A DNA stretch of 57,168 nucleotides from Candidatus Bathyarchaeota archaeon. Lineage in GTDB: Archaea > Thermoproteota > Bathyarchaeia > Bathyarchaeales > Bathyarchaeaceae. Position 1 is the first letter of the stretch, and each line of letters begins with the position of its first letter. The stretch spans positions 1-57,168 of the forward strand of contig JARRLY010000014.1 of NCBI GenBank assembly GCA_037386545.1. Direction: 5' to 3'. The notes below the pieces were generated by a model. That model was not told the DNA's origin and did no database searches. It was given only the letters and a program-made list of their open reading frames with translations. Positions 48,375 to 57,168 of the stretch are shown here, one piece after another. The position numbers and the translations under genes are program-made.

Positions 48375-48684
48375 GACTTTTCCCTCAGTAAATGAGAGAA
48401 ATTATCACCCACAAGCATTTTAAATAGTTTCTTTTACTCAAAATGAGAAAAAATAGGATTCCCAACAAGAAATTTTCCAAAAATAAACTATCATCCAGAC
48501 AAATCTTCAAACAGCTGTTTCATGTTTTGATTATATCCTTTTGGGGCCCTCTGTCCTAGTTCAATAAGTTTAGTTCTGCATGAGTTTTTTTATCCGAGCT
48601 CTTTTTCTACTATTTTATCATTTTTGCAATCAGTGAACATTTACATTAAATAGGGTGATTGCGTCAACACGTAGATAGAACTAC

Positions 48685-49482
48685 GTGATGATAATGACTG
48701 AATTAATTGCTGAAGGTGATGATGTATATCTTTACTTGGATCCCCGACGAACATACCTCGTTAAAGTGGAGGCTGAAAAAAGTTTTCACACACACAAAGG
48801 CTATGTCCAGTTAGGGGACTTGATCGGAAAAGAATACGGCACAAGAATCCCCAGCAGCATGAATATAGAGTTTGTTGCTTTAAAGCCTAAATTACGTGAT
48901 TACATCTTCAAAACAAACAGGCGCACCCAGATTTCATACCCTAAAGATATCTCCTTAATAATACTAAACAGTGGAATTGGACCTGGAAGCAGAGTAGTTG
49001 AAGCGGGCACTGGAACAGGAGCACTCACCAGTGCTATTGCTCATTACATTAGACCCAACGGTACTGTTTACTCGTTTGACATTAAGCAGGATTTTCAAAA
49101 AAACGCGAAAAATAATCTAGAACGGGCAAAACTTTTGGATACTGTAAAACTAAAAGAGGGAGACATAACCCAAGGAATAGAAGAAAAAGATTTAGATGCC
49201 ATAATTTTAGACATGGCTACCCCGTGGTTGGTCATTCCTCATGCTTATGAATCTTTGAAGGGCAGTGGAGTGTTGGTGTCGTTTAGTCCGACCATTGAGC
49301 AAGTTGTGAAGGTTACTGAAGCCTTGTATGATTGCGGATTTGTTTGTATCGAAACCTGTGAAACGTTGATTCGGTTTATGCAGGTGGCAAGGGGAAAAAC
49401 GCGCCCCCAGACGTTGATGACTGGTCATACTGGTTATTTGACTTTTGCGCGTAAGTCTGTCAGGCAAGAGCCTGACATTTAG
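48685..49482 (+). CDS. trmI: tRNA (adenine-57/58-N1)-methyltransferase TrmI
   Basis: TQISYPKD, EAGTGTG, LDMATPW, FSPTIEQ, HTGYL. Confidence 0.93.
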   Translation: MMIMTELIAEGDDVYLYLDPRRTYLVKVEAEKSFHTHKGYVQLGDLIGKEYGTRIPSSMNIEFVALKPKLRDYIFKTNRRTQISYPKDISLIILNSGIGPGSRVVEAGTGTGALTSAIAHYIRPNGTVYSFDIKQDFQKNAKNNLERAKLLDTVKLKEGDITQGIEEKDLDAIILDMATPWLVIPHAYESLKGSGVLVSFSPTIEQVVKVTEALYDCGFVCIETCETLIRFMQVARGKTRPQTLMTGHTGYLTFARKSVRQEPDI

Positions 49483-49484
49483 AC

Positions 49485-51539
49485 TTAAGCAATTTCGATG
49501 CTGTTAATTTCTGTGAGGGAGTCTAAGGTGTTCATCTTAACTTTCATGTTGGATATTGTGTAGAGCACATTTTCGATGTATAAACTTCTTTGCACTGAGT
49601 AGCCAGAGTAGAAGTAGTATCCACTCTTTAGCAGGTCTGAGTTGTCGTCCATGTGTGTAATTTGTCCGCGCAGACTAATTCCTTGAACTGATATGTCAAA
49701 AACGTAAGCACCTTGCCAGACGTATTCACCATATGCCCAGTCAGGGATTTCTCCTTCGTAGTTGCTTTCATCAAGTTCTGCAACTAAAACAGGAATGACC
49801 AGCAGGTTCTTTTGCTTGTCAAATAGCAATGATTTGTGGTCGTAAAGGATTGGGGAGTCTGTACCGCGGTCGCCGATTTCGTATTTTGCTACTTCTCGAG
49901 GGTTTGAAACATCGCTAACGTCAAACATGGAGATTTTTACTCCTTGGTACCATGCGAAGTCGTCTTCGGAGTCGTAGTCTGTTTCTTTGCCAATTCCGAT
50001 AATATGATTTTCATCATATGCATGCAAGTAACCTGAATAACCTGTTACCTTGAGTTGGCCCAAAACCGTAGGTGCTGTAGGTTGGGACAGGTCAATAACA
50101 AACAAAGGGTCAACGTTTCGGAAGGTTACGACGTAGGCTCTGTTGCCTATGAACCTTGCAGAGTAAATTTGTTCTCCGGGAGCTAAATCTTCTAAACTGC
50201 CAACAATTTTGAGGTTGCTGTCCAGAACGTAAACGTTGTTTTTTGTTGCTGGTTCGTTTTCTGGAGCAAAGGTTCGCCAGTTATTGTTGTTGAGTGTTGT
50301 TGCGACTCGGAAGTATCCGTTGTATTCATCCATGCTGAACTGGTTAAGAACATATCCAGGAACTTCCCCTTCTGCGATGAAGTTTATGGCTTCTTGGTCG
50401 ATTTTGGCTTTGTAGATTTTTGTTTTCATTGCTTCATCTTCTTGCCAGTTGTATTCTGGGAAGGTCATGTAGATGTTGTCGATTGAGACATACATTCCGC
50501 TGGTGCCGCCAAGCAGGACAGTTTCGTGGGTTGGTTCTTGGGCATCATTTTGGATGTTAACTGCAACAATTGTACTGAAAGTGTATGAAGTGTCAGAGTT
50601 GTTGTAGAAGTATATCTCTGTTGCTTCGATGGTTTCTGTTTGGTTGTTAGAGTGAACCCGAGGCAAGAAAACATCTGTTTCATAAAGGTAAGTGTACTGG
50701 GTTGCAACCATGTACACGTAGTCGCCTATCATTCTTGAGCTAAAGTAGTTTCCGTCAACAGAAAATTCACGACTCAAAACCGGGTTAGCTTTGTTTGAAA
50801 CGTCATAAACTTTGACGGTTGTTGTAGGGGGCTCGTAAACTATGGGTATGAAAGGCTCAACGGGTTCAATTTCTTCTTCAACAGGTCTTTCGGGTACTTG
50901 AGGAGAAGTGGTTTGGTTTGAGGGCGCAGTTGGTTTTACTTGTTTTTCGTTGTCTGATGTAGAATCATTTACAACATCAGAATCAACAAGAGGAACAGGC
51001 AAATCTGTTTCATATAGCGGATAAACACCATATTCGTTTTCAAAAAGAGCAAGCTTGTTGCCGTTGATGAAAATTCCTGTTATTCCACCTTCCAAAACAA
51101 TTTTTGAAAGAATTTGTGCTTCTTCGGCTGGAAAGGCTTTGACAATAGTTAAATTACTTCCGGAAACAATGTAGATGTATTCGCCGTCAGTTTTTACTAT
51201 ATCTGCTTCGTCTACGCCTTCGACTTGAACGTTAGTTTCAGAATATTCAGCAGCTGTTGGTTCAACGGGAACAGCTGGTTGTGGAGCATTTACATCTGCT
51301 GAAAAGTCTTCAAAACCTAATGTGAATGCTCCGCCTCTGGAATAATAATAGTTTCCAGAGTTTGACGTGTTTTCAAGAAAAGTTTTCAGTTCATCATAAG
51401 ACGCGAACTGGTTTAATTCAATTGGAACTAAATTTTCAGGTTTATCAGTTAAATAAACGTATACGGGTATTGAAGAGATAACTAAAATTATTCCTATAAA
51501 ACAAGCTACAAATGCTTTCGTGTTATCCATGTTTTTCAC
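49485..51539 (-). CDS. Membrane-anchored secreted beta-propeller domain protein (COG4880-like)
   Basis: N-terminal TM; YSETNVQVEGVDEADIVKTDG, NQFSMDE, GEQIYSARF, FRNVDPLFVIDL. Confidence 0.9.
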   Translation of the reverse strand: MKNMDNTKAFVACFIGIILVISSIPVYVYLTDKPENLVPIELNQFASYDELKTFLENTSNSGNYYYSRGGAFTLGFEDFSADVNAPQPAVPVEPTAAEYSETNVQVEGVDEADIVKTDGEYIYIVSGSNLTIVKAFPAEEAQILSKIVLEGGITGIFINGNKLALFENEYGVYPLYETDLPVPLVDSDVVNDSTSDNEKQVKPTAPSNQTTSPQVPERPVEEEIEPVEPFIPIVYEPPTTTVKVYDVSNKANPVLSREFSVDGNYFSSRMIGDYVYMVATQYTYLYETDVFLPRVHSNNQTETIEATEIYFYNNSDTSYTFSTIVAVNIQNDAQEPTHETVLLGGTSGMYVSIDNIYMTFPEYNWQEDEAMKTKIYKAKIDQEAINFIAEGEVPGYVLNQFSMDEYNGYFRVATTLNNNNWRTFAPENEPATKNNVYVLDSNLKIVGSLEDLAPGEQIYSARFIGNRAYVVTFRNVDPLFVIDLSQPTAPTVLGQLKVTGYSGYLHAYDENHIIGIGKETDYDSEDDFAWYQGVKISMFDVSDVSNPREVAKYEIGDRGTDSPILYDHKSLLFDKQKNLLVIPVLVAELDESNYEGEIPDWAYGEYVWQGAYVFDISVQGISLRGQITHMDDNSDLLKSGYYFYSGYSVQRSLYIENVLYTISNMKVKMNTLDSLTEINSIEIA

Positions 51540-51623
51540 CTAATTTGACGTTGTTATATCCTAATAAGGAAAAAAGAACTTAATGCTACGCATTAGAACA
51601 AGGTGTACAAAAAATAGAACAGC

Positions 51624-51965
51624 CTAAAAAACTTGTCTTCGAAGTAAAACAAAAACTCCAAGGGCGACAAGAAAGCTGGGCACTGTGATAAATGCAACAG
51701 GAGACAAATCTGTACTTAAATCAGTAGAAGTAACATCCGCAGTTACTTGGGGTTCTTCAGGCAACACATCAGATTCTTTGGGGTCAGGTTCACTTGGCGC
51801 CAGAACAGAAAAATCTCCAGATGTCGAGTCTAAACCCATTGTTTCGTTGTTGTTGTATGTGTAATCTGAAAATGGATTATTGTCTTTAAGCAAGGCTAAA
51901 GGAGCAACCATAGTAACAGTGCCAAGCAAGATGGCAAGCCCAACATAAAGAACAGTTTTTTTCAT
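51624..51965 (-). CDS. Small two-TM protein with acidic loop
   Basis: Hydrophobic N and C termini around a D/E/S/P-rich linker. Confidence 0.7.
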   Translation of the reverse strand: MKKTVLYVGLAILLGTVTMVAPLALLKDNNPFSDYTYNNNETMGLDSTSGDFSVLAPSEPDPKESDVLPEEPQVTADVTSTDLSTDLSPVAFITVPSFLVALGVFVLLRRQVF

Positions 51966-52025
51966 TTTTCTTTTCCAACCTTATCAATGAGGTGTGATGC
52001 TTTTAAGTCCACACTTTAGAACACC

Positions 52026-52496
52026 CTAAAATGGCTTTTCTTTCCAGAGCCTGATGGTTTCTAGCCATAAAACGGCATTTGCTACTATACCAAAAATGAT
52101 TGCAGCGATGTTGTGGGGGGAACCGGTTGGTTGGAATAGGATTACGTTGTAAATCACAAGGTATATGGCAAACATTGTGGTCAGCCAGATGGCATAGAAC
52201 AGGTGCCGTGGAACAAGGAAACGTCCCATTCTGCTAAAAAATTTTAAGAGACCGACTTTAATTTCTTGGTTTAAGAGGTATTCACCTCTAACAGTTTTTT
52301 CTGCCAAACCAAGACCCAACAATTTGTCAAGGTGATGAGCAGCCACGCTTGGGCTTGATAATCCTAGCGAGCGTTGTACTTCTCGAACGCCTACGCTGGT
52401 TTGGGGGTCTTTGAGCATGTACCAGTAGATTTGTAGAGTTTTTCCTTTCAGTTTGGATTCAATTTCCGCCAAATCGGAAGAAGACAAATCAGACAT
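52026..52496 (-). CDS. Membrane-anchored winged-HTH protein
   Basis: LKGKTLQIYWY, GVREVQRSLGLSSPSVAAHHLDKL HTH, then two TM helices; ATG 52496 preferred. Confidence 0.8.
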   Translation of the reverse strand: MSDLSSSDLAEIESKLKGKTLQIYWYMLKDPQTSVGVREVQRSLGLSSPSVAAHHLDKLLGLGLAEKTVRGEYLLNQEIKVGLLKFFSRMGRFLVPRHLFYAIWLTTMFAIYLVIYNVILFQPTGSPHNIAAIIFGIVANAVLWLETIRLWKEKPF

Positions 52497-52584
52497 CAAA
52501 CTCGCCCAAACCAAATATGATAACCCCATATAATATAATTCTCCCAAAAAAGTCAATAATAATAAAATGAGACTTTATAGTGCA

Positions 52585-52639
52585 AAAAATTTCATGAAAA
52601 AGCTGTTTTCAACATAGAACCGCTATTAGACTACTAACA
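52585..52639 (+). repeat. Dispersed ~56-bp intergenic repeat, copy C
   Basis: aaaaatttcatgaaaaagctgttttcaacatagaaccgctattagactactaaca; shares the exact core tgttttcaacatag with copy B. Confidence 0.6.
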
Positions 52640-52682
52640 TGTTTATCATTGTACATCAGAATATACCTTTTAGGGCATAACA

Positions 52683-53152
52683 TTGAACTAAGTTTTCAGA
52701 CCAAGACAAACAAAAAGCAACTTTGTTTGGGTCATAGTTTTGTTACTGATAATTGATGTTCCAATTTGTGCAATTTTGTTTTTTACTTTCCAAGAAATCT
52801 CAGTTTTGTTTGTTGTTCTAATAGCTGTTCTGGTAAGTAACATGGTTCCAAATCGTTGGGAAACAAATCAGAGTTGTTTCTTGTCGCTGGAATCGCAACA
52901 ATTTTTCCAATATTAAACTCCATTTTAGAGTTAAAATTTGGCAAATACACAAAAACGATGAAAATTTTCCTAGGAATTGTATTCATGGTGTTGATGGGAC
53001 TGTTTTTTGGAATTGTGTATTTCACACAAAGCATAGTAAAAACTACAATAACTGTCTCTCACAGGGGGTGTTGCTTTTTTGGAAGCAACCAATTATTCTT
53101 TTTCTTCAGGGAAGAGTTGTTTTCCTTTTTCGGTGTATTTGATGAAGCCTAG
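52683..53152 (+). pseudogene. Degraded membrane-protein gene
   Basis: Hydrophobic frame (NFVWVIVLLLIIDVPICAILFF...) preceded by TTG-AAC-TAA, then shifting near 52850 into the hydrophobic 52856 ORF. Confidence 0.4.
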
Positions 53153-53554
53153 TTTGTTGAAAAAGTCTAGTTGGTCATCTAGTTCTCCAGTTTCTGTTAG
53201 TTTTTCGTTGACGATTCTGAAAAAGAAAACCATCTTCATGACGATTTTGTTTCCAGTTGCGGGCAAGGGCACTCCAAAAAGGTTCCAGTCTCCGGTGTGG
53301 GTTCCAGTTGCTTTGACTCTTACCCATACTTTTTCGCCTTCACAGATCATGTCTTCGATTTGTTCGTGCCAGTCTGGGAAGCCGTCAAAGGCCATAGTGA
53401 ACAGCTTTTTAAATTTTTCACGCCCTTTTTGCTGATGGGTGTGGTCAATAAAATCAGGTGCAACTAGTTCTTCAAAAATTTCCAAGTTTCGGTTATTGTA
53501 TGCTTCAATAAATCGTCTCATTATTGCTTTATTTTTTTCTACAGACAAAAACAT
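53093..53554 (-). CDS. SnoaL-like ester cyclase (NTF2 fold)
   Basis: EKNKAIMRRF, FPD, GTHTG, PATG. Confidence 0.88.
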   Translation of the reverse strand: MFLSVEKNKAIMRRFIEAYNNRNLEIFEELVAPDFIDHTHQQKGREKFKKLFTMAFDGFPDWHEQIEDMICEGEKVWVRVKATGTHTGDWNLFGVPLPATGNKIVMKMVFFFRIVNEKLTETGELDDQLDFFNKLGFIKYTEKGKQLFPEEKE

Positions 53555-53595
53555 CCCCCTTTGTTTGTAGATTTTACAGAACTTAACAGTATTGT

Positions 53596-54126
53596 CTAGT
53601 TGTCTTGTTTATTTTTGAATCGCTTTATTGTTACAATCTTGTAGGCTATCGGAGAATAAACTGCGGCAACAGCCATTAAAATTGCACCAATTAACAATAG
53701 TGCCCAGCCTATGTCGTTTGTTATCCATTGTAACAAAAATCTCAAAGACTCGGGTAAGACATCTGCAAAATGATTGAAATCAAAGGGAAAAACCACTAGC
53801 AACCAAACAAAACTAAAAGCCATAAAGATTATTGCCCCAAAAGAATCAAATAGGCGAGAAAGGAGCCTTTGACCAAGTATACCTTCCAAGGTTCCAGTAA
53901 TGAACCAAGCAGTAAGGTTCCCGTAAAGCATAATCATTTCTAAGATTTCAAATTCAGAAGTGAAAAAACCGGTTGCATTCAGTTGATGCACAACAAAATA
54001 CAGCATCATCAAAATACTGACAACAACAATAACAACACCAAACACACGGTCTTCACGAGGGATGCCTTTGGCGGCCTCTGTTTTGGCCCTAGAAAACCAG
54101 TTTTCAGTTGTTTCTGTTTTGCTCAA
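53596..54126 (-). CDS. Hypothetical membrane protein (4 TM)
   Basis: Hydrophobic segments, TGFFTSEF and FPFDF motifs; 4-nt overlap with upstream gene. Confidence 0.75.
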   Translation of the reverse strand: MSKTETTENWFSRAKTEAAKGIPREDRVFGVVIVVVSILMMLYFVVHQLNATGFFTSEFEILEMIMLYGNLTAWFITGTLEGILGQRLLSRLFDSFGAIIFMAFSFVWLLVVFPFDFNHFADVLPESLRFLLQWITNDIGWALLLIGAILMAVAAVYSPIAYKIVTIKRFKNKQDN

Positions 54127-54599
54127 GAGGAAACCCTACTTTTAAGTTTCAAGGCAAACTCTTCAGCTTTTTGGATGTCTTTTGCGTTGGGTCTCCCTTT
54201 GTTCATTCCGCCAAAATATTTCATGAAACTGTTTGTGTTAAAGCCCTTACACTGAAAATCATCAACTATCTGGTAACCTTTAGATTCCAACTTTTCCCGA
54301 AGGGCGGAGTGGTCTTTGGCTCGTTTTTTGTCTTTTGTTAATGCTGCGGTTGAAAAAATGAAGACGTTTTTGTTATTTACTTCTGGTAGCTTGTCTGCAA
54401 AATCAAGAACCTGTTTGTAATGTTTTCCGCTGTCGATTCCGGCACCAAAGCCCACTAAATCATATTCTAAGAGTTTTTGTGGGTCTGTTTCTTGTGGAGT
54501 TTTGATTTTTGCATCTAAAACTTGTGCAAAAACTTTGGCAACTTTTTCAGTATTCATATGATGATATGAATACACAACCAGCAAACACTTCGTTGTCAT
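54123..54599 (-). CDS. Flavodoxin-family protein
   Basis: YSYHHMNTEKVA, GFGAG, FST, F.CKG, GRPN. Confidence 0.88.
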   Translation of the reverse strand: MTTKCLLVVYSYHHMNTEKVAKVFAQVLDAKIKTPQETDPQKLLEYDLVGFGAGIDSGKHYKQVLDFADKLPEVNNKNVFIFSTAALTKDKKRAKDHSALREKLESKGYQIVDDFQCKGFNTNSFMKYFGGMNKGRPNAKDIQKAEEFALKLKSRVSS

Positions 54600-54615
54600 A
54601 TCAAATCACCTTCAG

Positions 54616-55275
54616 TTAAATAATTGGATAAAACAGTAACCATCCTCCTAGAATCAGTTCAAAAACAAGAATTGACAGCCCACCTACGTTCCATATTGCC
54701 TTGGAGTCGGGTTTGAAAATGTTTACTCCGCTGCCAACGCCGTAGATGACGCTGGCAATTATTCCAAACCATCCAAGCAAATCAGGCACCACTGTAGTTT
54801 GAGTAGCAAACACGATAGAATATGCAAGGGTACCAATGGAAAAAAACAGTTGTGCAAAAACAAAAACAGTATTTTTTGTTTTAAGGACACTGCGCGCAGA
54901 ATCAACTATCGAGGCTTTTTTGTCATCATTGGCACTTGAGTACTGTTTTGCTAAATTGGCAATCCCCCAGTAGATTTTTTTGTAGTAAATTTGGATTAAG
55001 GCTTCTAGGCTTCGGGAAACTGTCCAAACAACTGCTAAAATTATGCTATAGGAGCCAAAAGTAAAAAACAACACAACAGCAAGAGCAAATAGGGCAAAAT
55101 GCTCAACAACAATAAACCTGAGGGATGTTTTGAATTTTTTTGGGTTACTAGCAATTTTTTGCAGTTTTGCTTTAGCGTTTAGGTCACTAAAGGTTTCATA
55201 ACCAAATCGCCCACTTACAATATTGACAACAATAATAAACCAGAAGAAAAACCCCGACAAAACAATTTCAATCAA
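54616..55275 (-). CDS. DUF4386-like membrane protein
   Basis: R..EA, VP.LLGWFG, FELILGGWLL motifs. Confidence 0.75.
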   Translation of the reverse strand: MIEIVLSGFFFWFIIVVNIVSGRFGYETFSDLNAKAKLQKIASNPKKFKTSLRFIVVEHFALFALAVVLFFTFGSYSIILAVVWTVSRSLEALIQIYYKKIYWGIANLAKQYSSANDDKKASIVDSARSVLKTKNTVFVFAQLFFSIGTLAYSIVFATQTTVVPDLLGWFGIIASVIYGVGSGVNIFKPDSKAIWNVGGLSILVFELILGGWLLFYPII

Positions 55276-55296
55276 TTTTTAACCAACAAAAATTTG

Positions 55297-55662
55297 TTAA
55301 AGCCAGTTCCATGCATACCAAATCGTGGCGGCATTGAATACTAAACCAACTATCAGCAGATATTTGTCGTAAGCTGAAGGGTAGGTGGGCAGTCCAATGG
55401 CATTAAAGCCAAACAAAAATATTGCAACGATAATATTGGTCCAACGGTTCATGTCGTAAGGCAACAGCAAAGTCAAAGAAACCATCAATATAGGAAGCAG
55501 CATCAAGGTTGCCATCCCAACGAGCATTTTTTGGTTCATTTTTTTACCTTCCATCTCTCCGGGCTTAAAGTCCCCAGCAAATATTCGCAAAACATCACCC
55601 AACAGATATGAGAGCATCAAAGACACCCACAAACCCGAAAGAATCAATTGTACATCTTGCAT
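55297..55662 (-). CDS. DUF6326-like small membrane protein
   Basis: LSGLWVSLMLSYLLGD, NRWTNI, WYAWNW. Confidence 0.7.
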   Translation of the reverse strand: MQDVQLILSGLWVSLMLSYLLGDVLRIFAGDFKPGEMEGKKMNQKMLVGMATLMLLPILMVSLTLLLPYDMNRWTNIIVAIFLFGFNAIGLPTYPSAYDKYLLIVGLVFNAATIWYAWNWL

Positions 55663-55690
55663 AATCTAACCACACTCAATTTCATGCTTT

Positions 55691-56083
55691 TTAGATTGGA
55701 ACATTATTTTTGGTTTCTTGGTAGGTCCTTATGGACCAAACCAAAGTCAGAACAGAAAAAACGTAGCGCAGTATTGTTGCCCACCAGTTATCCACGGGGC
55801 TGTGTAGTCCAGCATCTGTCATTTGAGCTAAACTCAAAACAAGAAACACAGAATTAAGAACCAAAAACACTCCTTCCAGACCAATTATGCCCATCAATCC
55901 GAATCGTTGTCCAAACAAAAACAAAGTTGCAAAAGTTGCAATTAGGGCGTAGATGGCTACAACGGTTATTGCGCTTTGGGGGTCGTTTAAGCTGTATTGA
56001 TCCATGGCTACAACGTAGCCGCCAAACAGTAAACGAAAAAGCAAAGTTGCCATTAACGCTTTGCTGTTCCAGGTGAGTTGCAC
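55691..56083 (-). CDS. Hypothetical membrane protein
   Basis: Four hydrophobic segments; start overlaps the upstream stop. Confidence 0.7.
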   Translation of the reverse strand: MQLTWNSKALMATLLFRLLFGGYVVAMDQYSLNDPQSAITVVAIYALIATFATLFLFGQRFGLMGIIGLEGVFLVLNSVFLVLSLAQMTDAGLHSPVDNWWATILRYVFSVLTLVWSIRTYQETKNNVPI

Positions 56084-56769
56084 TATTTCACCTCGATTTT
56101 TTGACCTTCAGGGTGGTTAAATCCTTTAACGATAAGCCATGTAGCCAGAATCATTTCTTGGAAAGCTATGGGGGCGGCTAAAAACTCCATCCATTCAGGA
56201 CTGAACCCAAACATCCGAATTGGAGTTGTTGCAAACCACAGGGCTCCCCCAATAAGGCCAAGAAGAGCTAACCATCTTGGAGTAATCTTTGTTTTGAGTA
56301 ACAGGTAATTGAATATGACGGCGCCAAGGGGGAAGGAAACGTCCACCAGTAAACTGCCCCATTCACGGATTGCTAATAACATGTCTCCAGAAGCAGGGTA
56401 AAAGAAAACATCAGAACCAATAGGAGAGGCTACATATTCTTTACTTAACGATAAGATTGCCAGCAAAACAATTGTATTAAGGAAAATGGTTAAGCCTTCA
56501 AAGATTCGGGTTGCAACATAACTTAAGGCCAGAGTCTCACTGTATTTTTTTAACAATGGAAACATTGCAATTGGTATTCCAACTATGGCGGCTGTTGAAA
56601 CTATTTCAAGAAGTGCCCCAAATATGATTTGGTTCTCGTTTGTGGAAACAATGCTGAGATAATTGTCCTCGTAGATGCAAAGAGAAAAAACACCACCAAC
56701 GATTAATATAACAGTAGCAATTAAGAACAAGATTCCAACTATTATTGCGGTTTTTCGTTCATGGTTCAT
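56083..56769 (-). CDS. DUF4386 membrane protein
   Basis: RKTAIIVGILFL, RIFE, PRWLA..G, QEMILATWLIVKGF; ATG 56769 preferred. Confidence 0.85.
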   Translation of the reverse strand: MNHERKTAIIVGILFLIATVILIVGGVFSLCIYEDNYLSIVSTNENQIIFGALLEIVSTAAIVGIPIAMFPLLKKYSETLALSYVATRIFEGLTIFLNTIVLLAILSLSKEYVASPIGSDVFFYPASGDMLLAIREWGSLLVDVSFPLGAVIFNYLLLKTKITPRWLALLGLIGGALWFATTPIRMFGFSPEWMEFLAAPIAFQEMILATWLIVKGFNHPEGQKIEVK

Positions 56770-57010
56770 TTTTTTCATTCCCATATTTCTAAAAGCAAGG
56801 ATTGACATCATTTCGTGCTCACCATATAAAAATTTTAGGTAGTTGATTGAAAATATATTGTAACTGAATTTAATCAACATAATAAAGAAAAAAATAAATA
56901 ATTTATAACATAATTAATGTATAAAATTTACATTAAAACCAAATTTCTGCATTTTTGGTCACTGAACACTTTTATGACCAACAAAATATAGTCTGAAGCA
57001 GTGAAAAATT

Positions 57011-57168
57011 ATGAATCCAGTTATTGAAGCCATAAACGGTAGACGCTCCGTAAGGGCTTATGATTCAAAACCTATTCCTGAAGACATCCTGAAACAAATT
57101 ATTGACGCAGGCAACCAAGCACCATATACTTCCATGACTCGTTCGCAGCCTTGGCGGTTTGTTGTTGT
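57011..57168 (+). CDS. Nitroreductase-family protein (partial)
   Basis: Manual translation MNPVIEAINGRRSVRAYDSKPIPEDILKQIIDAGNQAPYTSMTRSQPWRFVV. Confidence 0.88.
   Translation, partial: MNPVIEAINGRRSVRAYDSKPIPEDILKQIIDAGNQAPYTSMTRSQPWRFVV

Overview
AT-rich archaeal chromosomal segment. Gene order, the single-OB SSB and the r-protein set suggest the TACK group, probably Bathyarchaeia (inference). It holds the large r-protein cluster (uL22 to uL15, secY, DUF106, cmk) with an Hsp20 gene inserted between uL30 and uL15. Other content: tRNA-Arg(GCG) directly upstream of argS, proBA, glpX, a PadR-led MacB/FtsX-type ABC system, two GT2 genes, SSB/RtcB, OGG1, ppa, TrmI and a terminal DUF4386-rich membrane-protein cluster. 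No CRISPR array, rRNA or transposase was seen. Most notable: (1) uS3 and uL5 carry Lys/Glu-rich tails sharing an ~87-bp duplicated module, and the uL5 tail is joined through an in-frame A_AAA_AAC slippery site (or a homopolymer error); (2) a structured ncRNA candidate at ~37.4 kb; (3) a ~56-bp dispersed intergenic repeat in three copies; (4) a split COG2187/COG0645 kinase pair flanking a PHP phosphoesterase; (5) a B12-binding-fold protein lacking the His ligand; (6) about six clean internal gene deletions that may be assembly artefacts.
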